The translations under genes and the position numbers were made by a program. Shown in pieces: positions 59,095 to 64,000 of a stretch of DNA of 64,000 nt (the stretch's first letter is position 1; the number at the start of each line of letters is the position of its first letter). This DNA is from Candidatus Omnitrophota bacterium (lineage in GTDB: Bacteria; Omnitrophota; Gorgyraeia; Gygaellales; Profunditerraquicolaceae), in assembly GCA_028716245.1 (NCBI GenBank), contig JAQUQW010000001.1, positions 168,793 through 232,792 of the forward strand, given 5' to 3'. Below the pieces are notes generated by a model. It was not told the origin of the DNA, did no database searches, and was given only the letters and a program-made list of their open reading frames with translations.

Positions 59095-59947
59095 TATCCA
59101 AAATAGAATCTTAGAAGAAAAAATTTTTAAAACTATTATGTTGGTTTCGTTTATTTTTGTAATTTTTATTTTTTTAAGCATGATCGCGGTTATTGTTATC
59201 AAGGGGCTGCCGGGGCTAAACTGGAAAATGCTAACTCAGACTCCTAAAAGCGGTTATTACATTGGCGGGGAGGGTGGTATTCTTAATGCGATCCTAGGTT
59301 CACTTTACCTTGCTGTAGGAGCTACTTTACTGGCAGCGTTGATCAGTGTTCCGGTTGTTCTCTTTATTAATGTGTACCTTAAAAAAGATTCCTGGTTTGC
59401 CATGTTGGTCAGATTTTCCTTTGATGTATTATGGGGAATTCCTTCAATTGTCTACGGCGCGTTTGGTTTCGCGGTAATGATATTTTTTCATGTGCGCGCT
59501 TCATTATTGGGGGCAATTATAACTGTCGCTATCTTAGAATTCCCGATAATCTCGCGCGTAGCCGACGGAATCCTTAAATTGGTTCCTGTGGAATTAAAAG
59601 AGGTATCTTTAAGTTTGGGCGCGACACGCTTTGAAACCTCTTTTAAAGTTATTTTAAAACAAGCCGCTCCCGGAATCCTTACGGCGCTACTAATCGGTTT
59701 TGGCAGGGGCGTCAGCGATGCCGCATCGGTTTTATTTACCGCAGGATATACCGATTCTCTTCCGACTTCATTATTAAGGCCGGTGGCAACCCTGCCCTTA
59801 GCCATATTTTTTCAGCTGGGGACGCCTTTTGCCGAAGTGCAACAGAGAGGATATACGGCTGCTTTGATCCTTATTTTAATTATTTTTGCGATCAGCGGAT
59901 TAAGCCGGATTTTAAGTAAACGGTTCCACGAACATATATTGAGGTAA
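59066..59947 (+). CDS. pstA: phosphate ABC transporter permease PstA
   Basis: 6 TM permease. The start could instead be ATG 59087. Confidence 0.85.
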   Translation: MPELKKHMSNIQNRILEEKIFKTIMLVSFIFVIFIFLSMIAVIVIKGLPGLNWKMLTQTPKSGYYIGGEGGILNAILGSLYLAVGATLLAALISVPVVLFINVYLKKDSWFAMLVRFSFDVLWGIPSIVYGAFGFAVMIFFHVRASLLGAIITVAILEFPIISRVADGILKLVPVELKEVSLSLGATRFETSFKVILKQAAPGILTALLIGFGRGVSDAASVLFTAGYTDSLPTSLLRPVATLPLAIFFQLGTPFAEVQQRGYTAALILILIIFAISGLSRILSKRFHEHILR

Positions 59948-59949
59948 AC

Positions 59950-60771
59950 ATGAATAAGGGAAATATTCGTACCGATTCTTTGAATGTTTTTTACGCCAGC
60001 CACCAGGCGCTAAATGAAGTTACTCTGGATATCCCGACCAGGAAGATAACGGCAATTATCGGGCCTTCCGGCTGCGGTAAATCCACCCTGTTAAAAAGCT
60101 TTAACCGCCTCATTGAGTTAAGCGATGAAGTCAGGATATCGGGAAAAGTTTTTTTCGATGGTGAAAATATTTATGATAAGTCGGTAGATGTTTATTCGTT
60201 ACGTAAAAAAATGGGGTTATTGGCTCAGCGGCCATATCCGCTGCCTATGTCTATCTATGAGAATGTGGCCTACGGGCTTAAGATCCATAATTCCATTGAT
60301 AAGAATAAGCTAGGGGCGATAGTGGAGCATTATTTAAAGGTGGCTAATCTCTGGGATGAAGTCAAGACGCGCCTGCACGCTTCGGCAACAAAGCTTTCTA
60401 TTGGCCAGCAACAGCGTTTATGCCTTGCCCGCGGCCTGGCGATCGAGCCGGAAATAATTCTCTGCGATGAACCAACCTCAGCGCTGGATCCTTTTTCTTC
60501 GGAGCGCATCGAAAAAAAACTTATCGAACTTAAAGAAAAATACACGATTGTTATCGTAACGCACAATATTCAGCAGGCAATGAAGCTTGCCGATTATGTT
60601 GTTTTTCTTTATAACGGAGTTGTTGTTGAGGCAGAGGCAGCCGATAAGATTTTTAAAAAGCCCCGGGAGCTCCTTACCCAGGCATATCTTAAGGGAGAAT
60701 TTTTAGATGAGATCTGGGTGCAGAAAGAAGCGCATTCCAGCAGAAAAATTGGAGAAGGTGAAGGGATATAG
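59950..60771 (+). CDS. pstB: phosphate ABC transporter ATP-binding protein PstB
   Basis: GPSGCGKST Walker A, PstB-specific LLAQRPYPLPMSIYENVAYG, LSIGQQQR signature. Confidence 0.9.
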   Translation: MNKGNIRTDSLNVFYASHQALNEVTLDIPTRKITAIIGPSGCGKSTLLKSFNRLIELSDEVRISGKVFFDGENIYDKSVDVYSLRKKMGLLAQRPYPLPMSIYENVAYGLKIHNSIDKNKLGAIVEHYLKVANLWDEVKTRLHASATKLSIGQQQRLCLARGLAIEPEIILCDEPTSALDPFSSERIEKKLIELKEKYTIVIVTHNIQQAMKLADYVVFLYNGVVVEAEAADKIFKKPRELLTQAYLKGEFLDEIWVQKEAHSSRKIGEGEGI

Positions 60772-60773
60772 GG

Positions 60774-61745
60774 GTGGGCGTGAATTTTTATCTTATCGGG
60801 ACAGATTATCAAAGTGTTGATTTAATCGGGCGCGAGGAGATCAACGCAAGGCGCCGCCAGATTGGCGCCTATTGGGCGGAGTTTTTTTCTCAAACGGCGG
60901 TGCTGTCTACATGCAATCGTTTTGAGCTTTATGGAATTGCCGCTGAATCAGTAAAATTTCCCCGGATTGAAGAAGGCTGGTATTTTATGGAGGGCAGGGT
61001 AAATGTTTTTGCCCACGCTTTGAGGGTAGCGGTTGGCCTTGAGTCGCAGCTAAAAGGGGAATTACAAATTTTAGAGCAGATAAATTCCTGGTCTAATAAA
61101 ATTCCCGCCGGTTTAACCGGCCTTTGGAGTAGGGTTTACTCCGATGCCCTTCTTATACGCAGGGAATCCGGGCTCAATGGCCAGGATAATATTGCTACTC
61201 TTGTATTTGATGATATGAAAAAAAATTTAGTTTGGCCGAATGAATTAAAAATTGTGGTAATCGGGACAGGTAAGATCGCCGGGCTTTTGGCAAGACACCG
61301 GCCTATTAATGCGCGTTTGATTTTTGCGGCTCATAAAAATAAATTGGCTGCCCAGAGTCTGGCGGAATCAGCTTGCGGTAAGACAGTTTTTTTAAGCAAC
61401 CTGCCGGATGTTTTAGCTGAAGCGGATTTTTTAGTGAGTGCCACCGCAAGCCCCCATCTTATTCTTAAGGCAGAAGAATTAGAAAGGATAGCTTTACGGC
61501 GGAAGAAGCCGTTGTATATCTATGATTTAGCCATGCCTAGGGATATCGAGCCGGTGGCAGGCCAAATAAGGGGTGTAATTTTAAAGAACCTCGATGATCT
61601 ATTCTTTGTTTTTAAAGAGCATAATGATAGAATAAAAAACAATTTGTCTTTGGCAGAATACTTTGTTGAGGAAAAGGTTAAAGAATATGAAAGAAACTCT
61701 AAGGCTGGGTGCCCGGTCAAGCCCGCTTTCCTTAAAACAGGCTGA
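60774..61745 (+). CDS. hemA: glutamyl-tRNA reductase, short form lacking most of the C-terminal dimerization domain
   Basis: LSTCNRFELY catalytic Cys, HALRVAVGLESQLKGELQIL, IVVIGTGK NADPH fold, LYIYDLAMPRDIE. 323 aa versus ~420 typical. Confidence 0.75.
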   Translation: MGVNFYLIGTDYQSVDLIGREEINARRRQIGAYWAEFFSQTAVLSTCNRFELYGIAAESVKFPRIEEGWYFMEGRVNVFAHALRVAVGLESQLKGELQILEQINSWSNKIPAGLTGLWSRVYSDALLIRRESGLNGQDNIATLVFDDMKKNLVWPNELKIVVIGTGKIAGLLARHRPINARLIFAAHKNKLAAQSLAESACGKTVFLSNLPDVLAEADFLVSATASPHLILKAEELERIALRRKKPLYIYDLAMPRDIEPVAGQIRGVILKNLDDLFFVFKEHNDRIKNNLSLAEYFVEEKVKEYERNSKAGCPVKPAFLKTG

Positions 61746-62361
61746 TGAAATAAAAGGTATTTTTCCTTCTATTGATTTTGAGGTTATTACTTATCAAACG
61801 CAAGGGGATAGGGATAAACATACGCCTTTTGCGCGGTTTGAAGGCAGTGATTTTTTTACCCGTCAACTTGAAGAGGCGTTATTGAAGAGGGAGATAGATG
61901 TTGCGGTGCATAGCGCTAAAGATCTGGAAGAAAATCCGCCCCGTGGATTGACAATTGCCGCAATCACCGCTTCAATAAGCCCTTATGAATGCTTGGTTTC
62001 CCGCGGGAACAAACTTTTGGGAGGGCTTAAGCCTGGCAGCCGGATTGCTACCAGCAGTTCCAAACGCAAAAACGCGCTTTTACGCTATCGCCGCGACCTT
62101 GAAATTTACGATGTGCGCGGGAATATTGAAGAACGCCTGTATCAATTGGATAAGGGGAAGTTTGACGCCCTTATTGTGGCGCATGCCGCTCTAATCAGGC
62201 TTGGGCTTGAAAATAGGATCACAGAAATTATCCCTAAGTGGGTTATTCCTGCGCATCCTTTGCAAGGATCTTTGGCCCTGCAGGTACGCAGCGATAATCA
62301 GCGCTTGATAGATTTATTCAGTGTAGTAGATACATATAAGGAGAAAAACAATGAAGATTAA
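61687..62361 (+). CDS. hemC: hydroxymethylbilane synthase homolog lacking domain 3 (cofactor-binding Cys region)
   Basis: LRLGARSSPLSLKQA, VAVHSAKDL and IRLGLENRI align to HemC domains 1-2, but the protein ends after ~232 aa. Start 61687 (MKETLRLG) is preferred over 61663. Confidence 0.65.
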   Translation: MKETLRLGARSSPLSLKQADEIKGIFPSIDFEVITYQTQGDRDKHTPFARFEGSDFFTRQLEEALLKREIDVAVHSAKDLEENPPRGLTIAAITASISPYECLVSRGNKLLGGLKPGSRIATSSSKRKNALLRYRRDLEIYDVRGNIEERLYQLDKGKFDALIVAHAALIRLGLENRITEIIPKWVIPAHPLQGSLALQVRSDNQRLIDLFSVVDTYKEKNNED

Positions 62362-63790
62362 GGTAAACGGCAAAGAACAATTGATTGATGATCGGGATTC
62401 ATCGATTACCGGATTGCTAAAGATAGCTAATGTGGAAAATCCCCAGATGGTTTCTGTCCAGCTTAACGGGGAATTTGTTGACCGGTCAAAATTTGATAAG
62501 CTACGCTTAAACGAGGGTGACCAGCTGGATTTTCTCTATTTTATGGGCGGAGGAAGCGGATTAAGGTTTATCACTAAAATTTTGCATACTAAATTTTCAA
62601 AAGAAGATCCGCATGGGTCTTTGCATATGCCGGTATATGACAATGTGGCCTTTGAGTTCAAGACCGCTGAGGATTTGGAGCTTGCATTCCAGGGTAAGAA
62701 ACCTTCGCATATGTACAGCCGCATAAGTAATCCCACGGTGGAACATTTTGAGCAAAAAATAAAGGCCATCACCGATGCCGCCGGAGTAATCGCGCTTTCT
62801 TCCGGAATGGCAGCTATCTCAAATACCATTTTAACCATTGCCAGGTCTAAAGATAATATTATCACTTCTAAACACCTTTTCGGTAATACCTATTCTTTAT
62901 TTGAAAATACGCTTAAAGATTGGGGTTTGGAAACCCGCTATGCTGATTTGATCAGGCCGGAAAAAGTAAACCAGCTTATTGATGGGAAAACCAAAGCGAT
63001 ATTTCTTGAGACAATCACTAATCCTCAACTTGAGGTTGTAGATATAAAGGCCATCTCTGAAATAGCCAGAAGAAAAAATATCCTGCTTATTGCCGATACT
63101 ACCATGACCCCGCCGTATATTTTTTCAGCCAAGGAATTCGGGGTAGATATCGAAGTCATTTCAAGCACTAAGTGGATTTCCGGAGGCGCAACCAGTGTCG
63201 GAGGCATAATTATCGACCACGGGCTCTATGACTGGAAGAAGAATGATAAATTGCATAGTGACGCGGTCAAATTCGGCCCCTTTGCTTTTATCGGCCGGCT
63301 CAGGCATGAGGTATACAGGAATATAGGAGCATGTATTTCCGCGCATAACGCTTATCTTCAAGGTTTAGGGCTAGAAACATTGCCGCTTAGGCTTGATATT
63401 GCCTGTGCCAATACGCTTAAGATCGCGGAGTTTTTAAAACAGTCAGCCCGGGTGAAATCCGTGAATTACCCGGGGCTTAAAGATTCTGCTTACTATGAAA
63501 CTGCCCGTAAACAATTCGGGGATAAGCCGGGGGCGGTTTTAACTTTTGACCTGGTGTCAAAAAAAGAGTGTTTTTGTTTCCTGAATAATTTAAAACTTAT
63601 CCGCAGGGCTACGAATTTGCATGATAACCGCTCCTTGATTTTGCATCCGGGATCAACGATTTTTTGCGAATATGACGCTGCGCTTAAAAATGAGATGGGG
63701 GTAAGGGATACTTTAATCAGGCTTGCCGTAGGTATTGAGGATTACCGGGATTTAATTTCCGATATACAACAGGCCCTGGAGGGCTTATGA
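62351..63790 (+). CDS. fusion of a ThiS/MoaD-like sulfur-carrier domain (ending GGG) to O-acetylhomoserine sulfhydrylase (MetY)
   Basis: The N-terminal 70 aa resemble ThiS and end in FMGGGSG. The remainder is a PLP-dependent Cys/Met-metabolism enzyme with [18 protein letters not shown] lysine. Confidence 0.75.
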   Translation: MKIKVNGKEQLIDDRDSSITGLLKIANVENPQMVSVQLNGEFVDRSKFDKLRLNEGDQLDFLYFMGGGSGLRFITKILHTKFSKEDPHGSLHMPVYDNVAFEFKTAEDLELAFQGKKPSHMYSRISNPTVEHFEQKIKAITDAAGVIALSSGMAAISNTILTIARSKDNIITSKHLFGNTYSLFENTLKDWGLETRYADLIRPEKVNQLIDGKTKAIFLETITNPQLEVVDIKAISEIARRKNILLIADTTMTPPYIFSAKEFGVDIEVISSTKWISGGATSVGGIIIDHGLYDWKKNDKLHSDAVKFGPFAFIGRLRHEVYRNIGACISAHNAYLQGLGLETLPLRLDIACANTLKIAEFLKQSARVKSVNYPGLKDSAYYETARKQFGDKPGAVLTFDLVSKKECFCFLNNLKLIRRATNLHDNRSLILHPGSTIFCEYDAALKNEMGVRDTLIRLAVGIEDYRDLISDIQQALEGL

Positions 63791-64000
63791 TAAATTTTAG
63801 CGAACAACAGATAGAGCGTTATAGCCGCCATATCATTCTTGGCGATGTCGGGGTTGAGGGGCAGGAGAAGATTTCAAACGGAAAGGTGCTGATTATTGGG
63901 ACCGGGGGCCTTGGCGCGCCGGCTGCTTTATATTTAGCAGCCGCAGGGGTCGGCACGATTGGTTTGGTTGATGGGGATAATGTTGAGTTATCAAACCTGC
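63787..64000 (+). CDS. ThiF/MoeB/HesA-family E1-like adenylyltransferase (3' partial)
   Basis: [18 protein letters not shown]...[22 protein letters not shown] Rossmann motif; ATGA overlap with the preceding gene. Confidence 0.8.
   Translation, partial: MINFSEQQIERYSRHIILGDVGVEGQEKISNGKVLIIGTGGLGAPAALYLAAAGVGTIGLVDGDNVELSNL

Noticed and set aside
1-64000. CRISPR arrays, transposases, integrases, phage genes
   Set aside because: No direct-repeat/spacer periodicity and no IS, transposase or integrase-like ORFs were seen. The only dispersed repeat is the structured GC-hairpin element reported above.

Overview
This window is a bacterial chromosomal segment of moderate GC content. Every gene I can support lies on the + strand. 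It opens with the conserved surA-pdxA-rsmA trio (surA is partial at the 5' edge). From ~2.4 to ~32.7 kb it carries a fully contiguous translation/transcription superoperon: tRNA-Thr, rpmG, tRNA-Trp, secE, nusG, rplKAJL, rpoBC, rpsLG, fusA, tuf, the S10-spc-alpha operons with secY-adk-map-infA-rpmJ, rpoA and rplQ. Zn-ribbon forms of L33, S14 and L36 are present, rpmD is absent, and EF-Tu has a divergent switch I. The 3' third is more accessory. It holds an aminotransferase followed by small-type LeuC/LeuD-like dehydratase genes split by an orphan pilT, then an isocitrate-DH-like gene, mdh, an LpdA-like gene and a stand-alone lipoyl domain. Next come a GAF-HD-GYP protein, a GT28/LpxL-like/GT2 glycolipid-type cluster, and cobO plus a Dph6-like PP-loop gene. 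A cobalamin riboswitch with a terminator/antiterminator platform drives a TonB-dependent btuB-like receptor. Further on are a membrane pyrophosphatase, an ECF sigma/zinc-finger anti-sigma/CHAT-TPR module, and an Rrf2-DUF2292-cysH sulfur unit. The window ends with a porin plus pstSCAB, truncated hemA and hemC, and a ThiS-MetY fusion followed by a ThiF-like E1 (partial at the 3' edge). The most striking feature not explained by gene annotation is a conserved ~50-nt structured repeat: a 7-8 bp GC stem (CCCCGCGC/GCGCGGG) around a conserved 12-nt loop (TTATAAGGTATT), then a second small hairpin and a Shine-Dalgarno sequence. It occurs at 8 loci, in 9 copies plus nested variants, always on the coding strand immediately 5' of a start codon (rplL, rpsG, tuf, rpsH, rplF, rpsM, pilT, cysH). 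Compensatory stem changes among copies argue for a selected structure.
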